DNA from: a virus
Strand: one strand, 5' to 3'
Length of the DNA stretch: 64,000 bases
Virus record (IMG/VR): IMGVR_UViG_3300031521_000009
Numbering within the stretch: the stretch's first letter is position 1; the number at the start of each line of letters is the position of its first letter. Under the pieces are notes generated by a model, which saw only the letters and a program-made list of their open reading frames with translations, searched no databases and had not been told where the DNA came from. The position numbers and the translations under genes were made by a program. Shown one piece after another: positions 37,846-46,377 of this stretch.

Positions 37846-38187
37846 ATGGATTTTAATCATGCAATTAAAACTTATCCAATGATTCAAAGAATTGGATGGA
37901 ATGGTAAAGGACTATTTGTATTTCAACAAGTACCTTCTGAGATACCAATAGCTGTTGTTCCGAAAATGCAATCATTACCTGAAGCAGTAAAATGTGAATT
38001 TACTCGTCGCTATGATTTAGCTAGTGATAATGGGAATAAAATGATGCAAAATAATAGCCCATTTTTGACTATTCGTTACAACTATCAATTAGCAATAGTT
38101 GATAAAGAAAACAACATCAATGGATGGGCGCCTTCTGTTTCTGATGCATTGGCCGAAGATTGGATTGAATATATACCGGAGGTTTAA
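37846..38187 (+). CDS. DUF2829 / Tad2-like signal-sponge protein
   Basis: MDF..AI...RIGWNGKGLFV...GWAPSVSDALAEDW. Confidence 0.8.
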   Translation: MDFNHAIKTYPMIQRIGWNGKGLFVFQQVPSEIPIAVVPKMQSLPEAVKCEFTRRYDLASDNGNKMMQNNSPFLTIRYNYQLAIVDKENNINGWAPSVSDALAEDWIEYIPEV

Positions 38188-38188
38188 A

Positions 38189-38554
38189 ATGGGAAAAGTA
38201 TCAACAATTGATACCAAACGCAATCTTTGTGGTAGTTACAAAAGCAGCTACCCTGATTGCACTGGTCAGCCGGAGTTTGGAGATAATGTCGGAAATGATA
38301 ATGTTATCCGATGTAATAAGTATACAAAGAAAAAAACGAATGTCATTCGCGTAGCAGTAGGTGAAGAGTATTTTGTTTATGTTCTGAAAGATCAAAATGT
38401 TTCTATGAATGATTTCATTTCAAGAAAACGTGTAGAAACAAACAACACTACAGATAATCTGTATTATGAAGTTGGAAACTATTTTCTAACAGAGGGAGAT
38501 TGTAATGAAGAGATTGAACGAGTAACAAAATTGAAGAAAAATGGCACAAGGTAA
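38189..38554 (+). CDS. Hypothetical protein
   Basis: Likely start 38189. Confidence 0.6.
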   Translation: MGKVSTIDTKRNLCGSYKSSYPDCTGQPEFGDNVGNDNVIRCNKYTKKKTNVIRVAVGEEYFVYVLKDQNVSMNDFISRKRVETNNTTDNLYYEVGNYFLTEGDCNEEIERVTKLKKNGTR

Positions 38555-39164
38555 ATTAATCAGTTTCGTACCACTGATGAAAAATGGCGTACAAGATACA
38601 TATAGTGGAAGTAATGGTATGCTTTATAAGTTTACTGTTACTCTTGATAATGCCGGTACACAAGTAACCGGAACAGCTAACAGCAGCAAACAACAACCAT
38701 CATGGAAGATTGGTGAAGAATATACTTATGAAGTAGCGGTACAAGGAAACTATACTAATATCAAAAACATGAAGTCTATCAATCAAGCTGGTGGTTTTGG
38801 TGGCAGTGGTGCACGCGTTCCTAATCCTAGCTTTGTAGTACAGAAATGTCTTGAAGCTTCATTGGAATGTACTTTCAAATTCTTTGAACTTAATCCAGAA
38901 GTTTATAAGAACCAAGCTGCAGAAGATGCTGTATTGAATTTGTTCTATACATTCACATTAAAAGGTGATGAACAACAACGCTGGATGAATATTGCCGGAC
39001 TACGCTTTGCTCTACAAAAGATGCAAGCGAATGGTATGTTTGATAAAGTAGAAGGAGTAACACTTACTGCATGGACTATTGAAAAGGCTAAGACCATTGC
39101 CGCTTCTATGTCCTCAGTAGTAAAAGCTCAAGTAGAATTTGAAAAGACTAATCCACCTAAATAA
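38541..39164 (+). CDS. Putative ssDNA-binding/recombination protein (OB-fold N-terminus)
   Basis: OB-like N-domain and Gly linker, adjacent to the exonuclease. Confidence 0.5.
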   Translation: MAQGKLISFVPLMKNGVQDTYSGSNGMLYKFTVTLDNAGTQVTGTANSSKQQPSWKIGEEYTYEVAVQGNYTNIKNMKSINQAGGFGGSGARVPNPSFVVQKCLEASLECTFKFFELNPEVYKNQAAEDAVLNLFYTFTLKGDEQQRWMNIAGLRFALQKMQANGMFDKVEGVTLTAWTIEKAKTIAASMSSVVKAQVEFEKTNPPK

Positions 39165-40096
39165 TGAGTAAAACATATATCAATCAATCATTGATAAAAA
39201 AGTTCTTCTACAAAGGAGAGAAACGTGATTATTGTGCTATGGCCATAAAGGCTAATACTATTGATAAAACAGTTAGCCGGGAGTCGCTATCAATGACATG
39301 TGGTAACTATTTTGAAACACAATGTCTGGGCGCTTCTATTGGTGGAAAGAAAACACTTGACTTACCAAGAAAGAAACTTACTGCTAAGCAAATTCTTGCT
39401 GGTCAAACAATAGGTGATAAAAAGATTGATCAGATACGTATCGACCAACAAGTGATGATGTTCAATAAACTAAAAACTGAATATCAAATACCAATAGAGA
39501 AAGAGATGAACACCCAAGTCGGTGTAAAAAAAATATGGAGTAAGAATGACAATATTATCTTACAAGGTGAGATTGATATATTCCCTGCTTCTATTGCATT
39601 ACCGACACGTGGATTACGACTTTGTGCTATTGATTTAAAGCTTACTGGTACATTCTCTAATTATGGAGAGTTCTGTTGGGGTTCTCCATCCAATTTAGAT
39701 GGCATACAAGGCAAGATGTACCATGAGTTGATACGTGACATTGATTTGGACTTTAATATGCTTGAAAACCCTGAAAGTACCATTCATCAAGTTTTTACTC
39801 CAACGGTAAGAAACATATTAAAGAACAACGATCCTTTATTCTTCTTTTGGGTATTTAATTACAAAGAAGCAATAAGCAATAAATTCATAGAAGTTCAATA
39901 TGATAAGTTAGCTCAGGCAGAACTTCATGAATCTATTCGTAGAACTGTAGAAGAGTTGAATAAGAATGAACGCGATAATTGGCAAGGTATGGTATCAAAT
40001 ATTGATAACTGCAGTCAGTGTGCATTATTATCTTGTCCTTCGCGAACAGAGAGAAGAAAAGAAGCAGAAGAACAACAAAATTTCGAAGTCATTTAA
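39164..40096 (+). CDS. PD-(D/E)xK (Cas4-like) exonuclease
   Basis: GEIDI...IDLKLT...Q..MY and C-terminal CSQC...C. Confidence 0.75.
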   Translation: MSKTYINQSLIKKFFYKGEKRDYCAMAIKANTIDKTVSRESLSMTCGNYFETQCLGASIGGKKTLDLPRKKLTAKQILAGQTIGDKKIDQIRIDQQVMMFNKLKTEYQIPIEKEMNTQVGVKKIWSKNDNIILQGEIDIFPASIALPTRGLRLCAIDLKLTGTFSNYGEFCWGSPSNLDGIQGKMYHELIRDIDLDFNMLENPESTIHQVFTPTVRNILKNNDPLFFFWVFNYKEAISNKFIEVQYDKLAQAELHESIRRTVEELNKNERDNWQGMVSNIDNCSQCALLSCPSRTERRKEAEEQQNFEVI

Positions 40097-40284
40097 TGAG
40101 TAACGAAAATATCAAATCAGTTATGAATACCTACAATAATGCAATGTTGCTGCGTAGGTATTTGTTGTCTGATTATATGAACTCTAAGATAAACACAAGC
40201 GAACTTATAAGGGGTATTCAAATGTGTCAAATAATTATTATTACAAACGCTTTTATAATAAACAGAGATGGCCGGATGGACTAA
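40096..40284 (+). CDS. Hypothetical protein
   Basis: Likely start 40096, overlapping the upstream stop. Confidence 0.5.
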   Translation: MSNENIKSVMNTYNNAMLLRRYLLSDYMNSKINTSELIRGIQMCQIIIITNAFIINRDGRMD

Positions 40285-40981
40285 AGCAGATCGAAAAGCA
40301 TTTCTTGAAAGATGTGATTCAAGAAAGAATATAATGCCCCAAGAAGTAATATCAACACAAGGTAGCCTTTTTGATGATGTCATTGAAACAGACAGTGTAA
40401 ATCCCAGATATCAGAAATTACGATTAGTATTACTTTATCCAGAACTTGATACAAATGAAAAAGGTAATCCTATTCCTAAGCAGTCAGCACGTTTTATGGT
40501 TACTCGCTATAGTAATGGTCCAAAGAAAGGAGAGATTCTTATGTACACAAATAAGCATACTGGAAAGCCTGATGTACTTATCAAATCATATCAAGATGCT
40601 CGTATCACTAATACAGTAAAAGCATTGCAATTACAAGTCCTGAAACAACTTGGTGAAATATCATTTACAAAATTCCGTGGTGCTATATTCGTTACCCGTC
40701 TTGAATTTATATTTAAAGTATCTGATTCGGCACCTAAGTATATGAAAGATGATCTTACCGCCGGCACTAAGATTTACTTTAAAGATACGGCTCCCGATTT
40801 AGATAACCTTGAAAAGATGATATGGGATGCTATGCAAGCTGAAAAGGCTGAGAAAGATGTAAAGAATGCCCTTGTAGGTCTTGTGTATGATAATGATGCA
40901 CAGATAGTATCTAAGAATGGTATTTTTAAACGTTGGGGTTTACGCCCGGGTGTAATAATTGAATTAGAAGGACCTATTTAA
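40268..40981 (+). CDS. rusA: RusA-like Holliday junction resolvase
   Basis: PIPKQSAR, PDLDNLEKMIWDAM, YDNDAQIV. Confidence 0.82.
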   Translation: MAGWTKADRKAFLERCDSRKNIMPQEVISTQGSLFDDVIETDSVNPRYQKLRLVLLYPELDTNEKGNPIPKQSARFMVTRYSNGPKKGEILMYTNKHTGKPDVLIKSYQDARITNTVKALQLQVLKQLGEISFTKFRGAIFVTRLEFIFKVSDSAPKYMKDDLTAGTKIYFKDTAPDLDNLEKMIWDAMQAEKAEKDVKNALVGLVYDNDAQIVSKNGIFKRWGLRPGVIIELEGPI

Positions 40982-40989
40982 TTTAGAAT

Positions 40990-41529
40990 ATGATAAAAAG
41001 AAAAGAGCTTACTGCTTATGCTAATTCCATAATGGAACAGTCGATGAATGTTGATGGATTTTTTACTAATGAGCATAATACTCTATTTGCAATGAAAAGT
41101 CTTTGTGATTGTACTATTGCAATAGATAAAGATAAAAAAGCAAATATAAAATCCTTTGAATTAGTAAACAATACCATTGAACAACATTACGATTATAATT
41201 TTGAGGTATTCATGAAAGACAGTATTGAATATCATCTTGCAATGGCTTATATTGACCTTATTGAGTATTGCCAGATGAATGGGTTCAAACCAAATTTTGA
41301 ACGCTGTAAAACGATTGATTTCGTCAAATATAATTATTATGACTGTCTTACTATTATTATTTCAGAGCATCAGTTTTATGAACATCCAAAAATGGAAAAG
41401 ATAGTCAATCAAATGCTTTTTCTTATTGAGCTTGTTTGTCGTCAATGGAAAATTGATTTGCATTCTATGGTAGACTATACAATCAAATATCTTATACTAG
41501 GTAATAAATACAAAACATTCGAATTATGA
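40990..41529 (+). CDS. Degenerate MazG/NTP-PPase-like protein
   Basis: KDSIEYHLAMAYIDL parallels the DTVEDELAD..IRL motif but lacks its acidic residues. Confidence 0.4.
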   Translation: MIKRKELTAYANSIMEQSMNVDGFFTNEHNTLFAMKSLCDCTIAIDKDKKANIKSFELVNNTIEQHYDYNFEVFMKDSIEYHLAMAYIDLIEYCQMNGFKPNFERCKTIDFVKYNYYDCLTIIISEHQFYEHPKMEKIVNQMLFLIELVCRQWKIDLHSMVDYTIKYLILGNKYKTFEL

Positions 41530-42212
41530 AAACAATTGAAGAAGCCGTAAAAGAGTATTGTAGTATAAAAGACGAAGATTCAAAATGGGCGTTCGAACAT
41601 GGTGTTGAATTTGCACAGCGTTGGATACCTATCAAAGAAGATTTACCTAAAATAGAATCAGGAGAACCTTATTCTGATAGATTTTTATTGAAGTGTAAAA
41701 TATTCAAATCTATAAAAACATTTTTATGTGTTAGAACTGTCTATGGTGAATTTGTTGTAGAAGGAATGAAAAATGAAATACTTGATCAACATTATCAACC
41801 AATAGAATGGCGACCTATTGAATTAAAATAAAAGAATATGATATCAACAAAAATTTATACTAAAGCAGAAATAGCTGAGAAAGAAGCAAGAGTAGAAGCA
41901 TTGATATATCTTGTTCATCAGCTTGCTGACATACAAGAAGGATATATTCTTGATGCAATGGAAATACTAAAAGATGTAGGTGATTACCGGTTTCGTATAA
42001 AACAGGATATCGATAAGATTAAACATCTTACCGGAACACTTCGTGAAGAAGTATGGAAACGTAACAAAGACAATATACCGGCAGTAGTATTGTTCGGAGA
42101 AGAAAGTGAATCACTTAGAAATGTAATTGAGAATTTCTTTTTTAATATTGACCTTAATGAAATGGTTCCGGCTTGTACTGACACAAATGACATTTACACT
42201 CAAAATCCATAA
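41526..42212 (+). CDS. Two hypothetical genes (41526-41831 DUF551-like; 41838-42212)
   Basis: EFAQRWIPIKEDLP...EWRPI in the first. Confidence 0.6.
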
Positions 42213-42214
42213 TC

Positions 42215-42622
42215 ATGGCTAAAGGATCAAATGCTTTTAAAGAAACGATATTGAATTATGTATGTGCTCTTGCTGATAAAGATGAACTCTTTGCAGCAAA
42301 GTACGCTAATTCAAAAAAGAACATTGATGATTGTGTTACCTACATTCTCAATTATGTACAAACAAGTGGTGAAACTGGATTTACTGATGCTGAGATATTC
42401 GGACAAGCAGTACACTACTATGAAGAAGAAAATATCAATGTTGGAAAACCAGTCAATACTCGTGTAGTAATCAATCATAAAGTTGAACTTACACCGGAAG
42501 AACTTGAAAAAGCTAAAGCAGCTGCAAAAGAAAGAGTATATACTGAAACAGCTAGTTCTATGAAAAAATCTGTAAGAAAAATAGCTACACCAGTTATTCA
42601 ACAACCTACTTTATTTGATTAA
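42215..42622 (+). CDS. pcfK: PcfK-like / AcrIIA9-family protein
   Basis: FKETI..Y....A.KDELFA..Y....KNIDDCVTYILNYVQ.SG..GFTD.EIFGQAVHYYEE, ending QPTLFD. Confidence 0.85.
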   Translation: MAKGSNAFKETILNYVCALADKDELFAAKYANSKKNIDDCVTYILNYVQTSGETGFTDAEIFGQAVHYYEEENINVGKPVNTRVVINHKVELTPEELEKAKAAAKERVYTETASSMKKSVRKIATPVIQQPTLFD

Positions 42623-43869
42623 TGAAACCACGTACCAAACTTCAACTTCGGATAGTAAATGATATATCCAGCAAGTTGAAACCTATTACTAAGAAACAAA
42701 TTAATTGGGCCATAAAGACCGGATTTCCTTGTGAGGGTTATCGTACTAAAACAAAAGGGACAACATGTATGGAATGCGCTACTGTGTTCCATACAGACAA
42801 AGAGAAGTGTACTTGCCCGGAATGTGGTAAGAAATTGAATATCGTTGATACTAAAAAGAAGTTAGCACAAAATCAAGTAACTATTTCCATAATAGAAACA
42901 GTTGAAGAGTTTCAGATAATGCGTTATTTCTCTTTTATTCGATATTATAGTAAAGGTGATAAAGTAAAATATGCACATATTGAAGGATGCCGAAATTTTC
43001 TTGATGATAACAATAAGCTTACAACAATGTCCAGACTTATATATGCCGGTTATGGTTATTCTATTGATGGATATATGTGGAGTTCTGCATTAGAACTAAG
43101 AAACTTTGTTTTTAATCATCATGATATTTATGCTGATTATGTTTATCTAAATCCTACTATTCGACCAATATATAAACAACGAGGACTTGATTCTGATTTC
43201 TTTGATATACGTCCATTGTTTATGTTTCGTTCTTTACTTACTAATAATAAGATTGAGACATTACTAAAGACCGGTCAAACAAGTTTAATTGAGTTTCAGT
43301 GTTACAAGAATGATATTGATTTTAAATTATTATGGCCAACTATCCGTATTTGTATGCGTAATAACTACATTATCAAAGATGCAAATATGTGGATGGATTA
43401 TATCAATTTCTTGATGAAGTTCAAGAAAGACATTCTCAATCCAAAGTATGTTTGCCCTGTTGATTTAAAGTTAGAACATGATATTTACATGAATAGAAAC
43501 TTCATGATTGTAAATGGACCTGGATTAAAGATATTGGCAAAGAAATCAGTTGTTTATTCCGACTTACTTATCACTGATGGTAAAATAGAAGTTGTTCCTT
43601 TAAAGACATTAGAGGAATACAAAGAGGAAGGAATTGGATTGAAGCATTGTGTGTTCAAGAGCAGTTATTATGATAGACCCAAATCACTTATTCTAAGCGC
43701 GCGTATTGACTCCAAACGTATTGAGACAGTAGAAGTATCACTTGAAACATTTAAAGTCGTACAGTGCCATGGTTGGAACAATCAAAACAGTAAGTATCAT
43801 GACAAGATTGTTCAATTGGTAAATGAGAATGGAAATGTCATTCGAAAACTAACAAAAAAGGCTATATGA
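42622..43869 (+). CDS. pcfJ: PcfJ-like protein
   Basis: CMEC/CPEC, W.DYI..L...KD..NPKYVCP.DL..EHD, EG..LKHCVF...RIETVEV..VQCHG. Confidence 0.85.
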   Translation: MKPRTKLQLRIVNDISSKLKPITKKQINWAIKTGFPCEGYRTKTKGTTCMECATVFHTDKEKCTCPECGKKLNIVDTKKKLAQNQVTISIIETVEEFQIMRYFSFIRYYSKGDKVKYAHIEGCRNFLDDNNKLTTMSRLIYAGYGYSIDGYMWSSALELRNFVFNHHDIYADYVYLNPTIRPIYKQRGLDSDFFDIRPLFMFRSLLTNNKIETLLKTGQTSLIEFQCYKNDIDFKLLWPTIRICMRNNYIIKDANMWMDYINFLMKFKKDILNPKYVCPVDLKLEHDIYMNRNFMIVNGPGLKILAKKSVVYSDLLITDGKIEVVPLKTLEEYKEEGIGLKHCVFKSSYYDRPKSLILSARIDSKRIETVEVSLETFKVVQCHGWNNQNSKYHDKIVQLVNENGNVIRKLTKKAI

Positions 43870-44431
43870 AAAACGTAACTAATCTAGCAAAGCAATATGC
43901 TCTTTCATTATTTAGTAATCCAGTTCAAGTTACTATTCGTAAAATAATTGAAGATGCATACATCAAAGGATTTCAAAAATGCGATGAATTTATTGATATG
44001 ACATTATTAAAGCATCCAATGAATACTGATATCATAGTAAGAACCCATAAAGGGAGTACTTACTTTGGTAAGTTTAAAGTAGTAGGACATGATGTTGTAT
44101 TCCGGCCAGACCTCACAGATGGTGAGGAAGATTTGAAATATGAAATAATTAAAGAATGGAAAAACGTGATTAATAAATAAGTAATATGATAATAGACGAA
44201 TCAAATAATTGGATAATAATGACAACTGAGAATGTTGTCCTGCATCAAGACACTCAAGAAAGAATACAAATGACTTGGGACTGTAATACTCGTACATTAG
44301 AGGATTTACAAAGTGAGTATCGACATACACATACTATGGAAGATATGGCAAGGGTTTATCAAGAAGAACAGATTGATTACAAAGGAGAATTATTATTAAT
44401 GGAAATACATAACAGCTTAGTCAATGATTAA
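43866..44431 (+). CDS. Two hypothetical genes (43866-44180, 44186-44431)
   Basis: Coupled ORFs. Confidence 0.6.
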
Positions 44432-44825
44432 AGTAAGAGATATTACCGAAGCAAAAGCAATTGATTTGTTTACTTCTCAGTTTGGAACTGATATAGAAAT
44501 CCGTTATGAAAAATTTGTAGAAGAAACTACAGAACTTCATGAAGCTATGTCTACATATATTGGTAATAAGTCACCAGAAGCATTAGAACACCTACGTGAC
44601 GAGTTTTCTGATGTTCAAGGTACGTTTACTCATTTAGCTAGTTTATTTAGCTTATATCAACAAGAAATGCTTCATAACTGTATAGACAAAGTAACAGGTC
44701 GAATGATTGATCCAAACTATAAACGATTTACAAGTGGAAGAGAAATGTTTGAAGTTGGAAAAGTAGTTCCAGGATTTGTAGAACATAGTTCTGTTCTAAA
44801 TGTAAAGCAAGATATAAAGAAATAA
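44424..44825 (+). CDS. MazG-like nucleotide pyrophosphohydrolase
   Basis: KFVEETTELHEA...HLRDEFSDV (EExxE...ExxD). Confidence 0.65.
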   Translation: MIKVRDITEAKAIDLFTSQFGTDIEIRYEKFVEETTELHEAMSTYIGNKSPEALEHLRDEFSDVQGTFTHLASLFSLYQQEMLHNCIDKVTGRMIDPNYKRFTSGREMFEVGKVVPGFVEHSSVLNVKQDIKK

Positions 44826-44840
44826 ATAAAAAGAAATAGT

Positions 44841-44954
44841 ATGGGAAAAATTAAATGTATAACCTTTGATAAAGATGCACAAGACTCACTTCCACAACAT
44901 ATCAAAGATAAAATGAAAGCTGATAGAGATGCGGCAAGAAATAATAAAGAATAA
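44841..44954 (+). CDS. 37-aa hypothetical protein (not in ORF track)
   Basis: MGKIKCITFDKDAQDSLPQHIKDKMKADRDAARNNKE. Confidence 0.5.
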   Translation: MGKIKCITFDKDAQDSLPQHIKDKMKADRDAARNNKE

Positions 44955-44955
44955 T

Positions 44956-45309
44956 ATGGAACATAAAACAAATGGTAGAGCTGTATTTTATACAGTTCTA
45001 TGGGAAGATTTTAGAAAAGCAGCTTTAGAACTTGGATGGGCTTTAGCTTTACATGGTTCAATGGCTTCTGATATGGATATTATGGCAATGCCTTGGACGG
45101 AAGAAGCTAAACCAACAGAAGAACTTATAAAAGCTATTTCAGATAGAATAGGACAAACAGTTTGGAGTAATACACATTATAAACCACACTTTGATAAACC
45201 ACATGGAAGAATAGTTTATACATTATGTATATCTACTGATTGGTATATTGATTTAAGTATAATTTGTCCTACTTCACTCGTTTCTATTTATAACGAAAAC
45301 AATAAATAG
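44956..45309 (+). CDS. Minimal nucleotidyltransferase-like protein
   Basis: Likely start 44956. LHGSMASDMDI (hGS...DhD) plus a third acidic residue in YIDLS. Confidence 0.5.
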   Translation: MEHKTNGRAVFYTVLWEDFRKAALELGWALALHGSMASDMDIMAMPWTEEAKPTEELIKAISDRIGQTVWSNTHYKPHFDKPHGRIVYTLCISTDWYIDLSIICPTSLVSIYNENNK

Positions 45310-45310
45310 T

Positions 45311-45685
45311 ATGAATAAAGTAAAAATACATCAATTTGATCCAGTAATCTATCCGTATAAAATATGGGTAGTCGTAAATAATATACCGGATATTATTTCT
45401 GAACAATTTTATCAATTCGATAGCAAAGAAATTGAATCTTTTGATAACTGTTCAAACTTAGATGCTTTTACAATGCCGGTAAGAAATAAAGTAAATTCAA
45501 AGTATGGTTGTATATTGTTCTTTTCATCAAAAGAAAGTATGACATACAACATTGTTGCTCATGAAGCATGTCATGCAGCTAAGAACTTATTTGAATACAT
45601 TGATGCTGATATGAAACATCATGAACCATTTGAATATGTTGTTGGATGGATTGCCGAATGTTGTGAAACAGTAAAAAACATTTGA
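45311..45685 (+). CDS. Zincin-like metallopeptidase
   Basis: VAHEACH...EPFEY (HExxH plus downstream E). Confidence 0.6.
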   Translation: MNKVKIHQFDPVIYPYKIWVVVNNIPDIISEQFYQFDSKEIESFDNCSNLDAFTMPVRNKVNSKYGCILFFSSKESMTYNIVAHEACHAAKNLFEYIDADMKHHEPFEYVVGWIAECCETVKNI

Positions 45686-45686
45686 T

Positions 45687-46202
45687 ATGGGATTAAAGAA
45701 AAAAAAAGAAGTATCTATTCTTTCAGCAAATTCTATTATACAAGGATTTATTGACAGAGTAATGATAAACAAACCTCAGAACAAAATAATACCGAATGTA
45801 TTTTTAGGCCATTGGGAATGTGATTTGCTTGAAATAACAAAATCTGATTATTTGTATGAATATGAAGTAAAGATATCTCGTTCTGATTTTAAAGCAGATG
45901 CTGAAAAAGAGAAACGTTATTTCAAAAAAGAAAATATTAAAAAGCATGATCATATAGTTCAAGGTAAAAGGACTAACTACTTTTATTATATTGTTCCTGT
46001 AAATATGATTACAGTTAGTGAGGTTCCTGAATTTGCTGGTCTTATTTATTGCGAAAACTACAATGGATATTTTTCTTTCAATGTAGTAAAGTCAGCACCT
46101 AAAATACATTCAATAAAAGCAACAGCTGAACAAAAATATAAAATCTTAGAAAGCTGTTATTATCGTTTTCATTCTCTTCGAAAGAAGAATGATAAAATAT
46201 AA
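45687..46202 (+). CDS. MmcB-like PD-(D/E)xK nuclease
   Basis: ECDLL...EYEVKISRSDFKAD...FYYIVP...EVPEFAGL. Confidence 0.75.
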   Translation: MGLKKKKEVSILSANSIIQGFIDRVMINKPQNKIIPNVFLGHWECDLLEITKSDYLYEYEVKISRSDFKADAEKEKRYFKKENIKKHDHIVQGKRTNYFYYIVPVNMITVSEVPEFAGLIYCENYNGYFSFNVVKSAPKIHSIKATAEQKYKILESCYYRFHSLRKKNDKI

Positions 46203-46336
46203 ATTTGTAGATTGTAATCCTATCTTTTTATTTACATTTGTACGTGTTATATAAAAAGTGAGATTTTTGCAATTTTAGTTAGTTTTTTATACGTTAAAGA
46301 GACAGAATGCTGTGAAGTATGTAAAGCTCAAAAAGA

Positions 46337-46377
46337 AAGCCATCTTTCCTATTCGTAGGTTAGATGGCTTATTTTTT
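46337..46377. terminator. Probable bidirectional terminator between convergent blocks
   Basis: AAGCCATCT..CCTA-TTCG-TAGG..AGATGGCTT, flanked by an A-rich run and a T run. Confidence 0.8.

Noticed and set aside
39164-40096. CRISPR-Cas locus suggested by a Cas4-like nuclease
   Set aside because: No repeat-spacer array or other cas genes were seen. Solo Cas4-like exonucleases are common in phage recombination modules.
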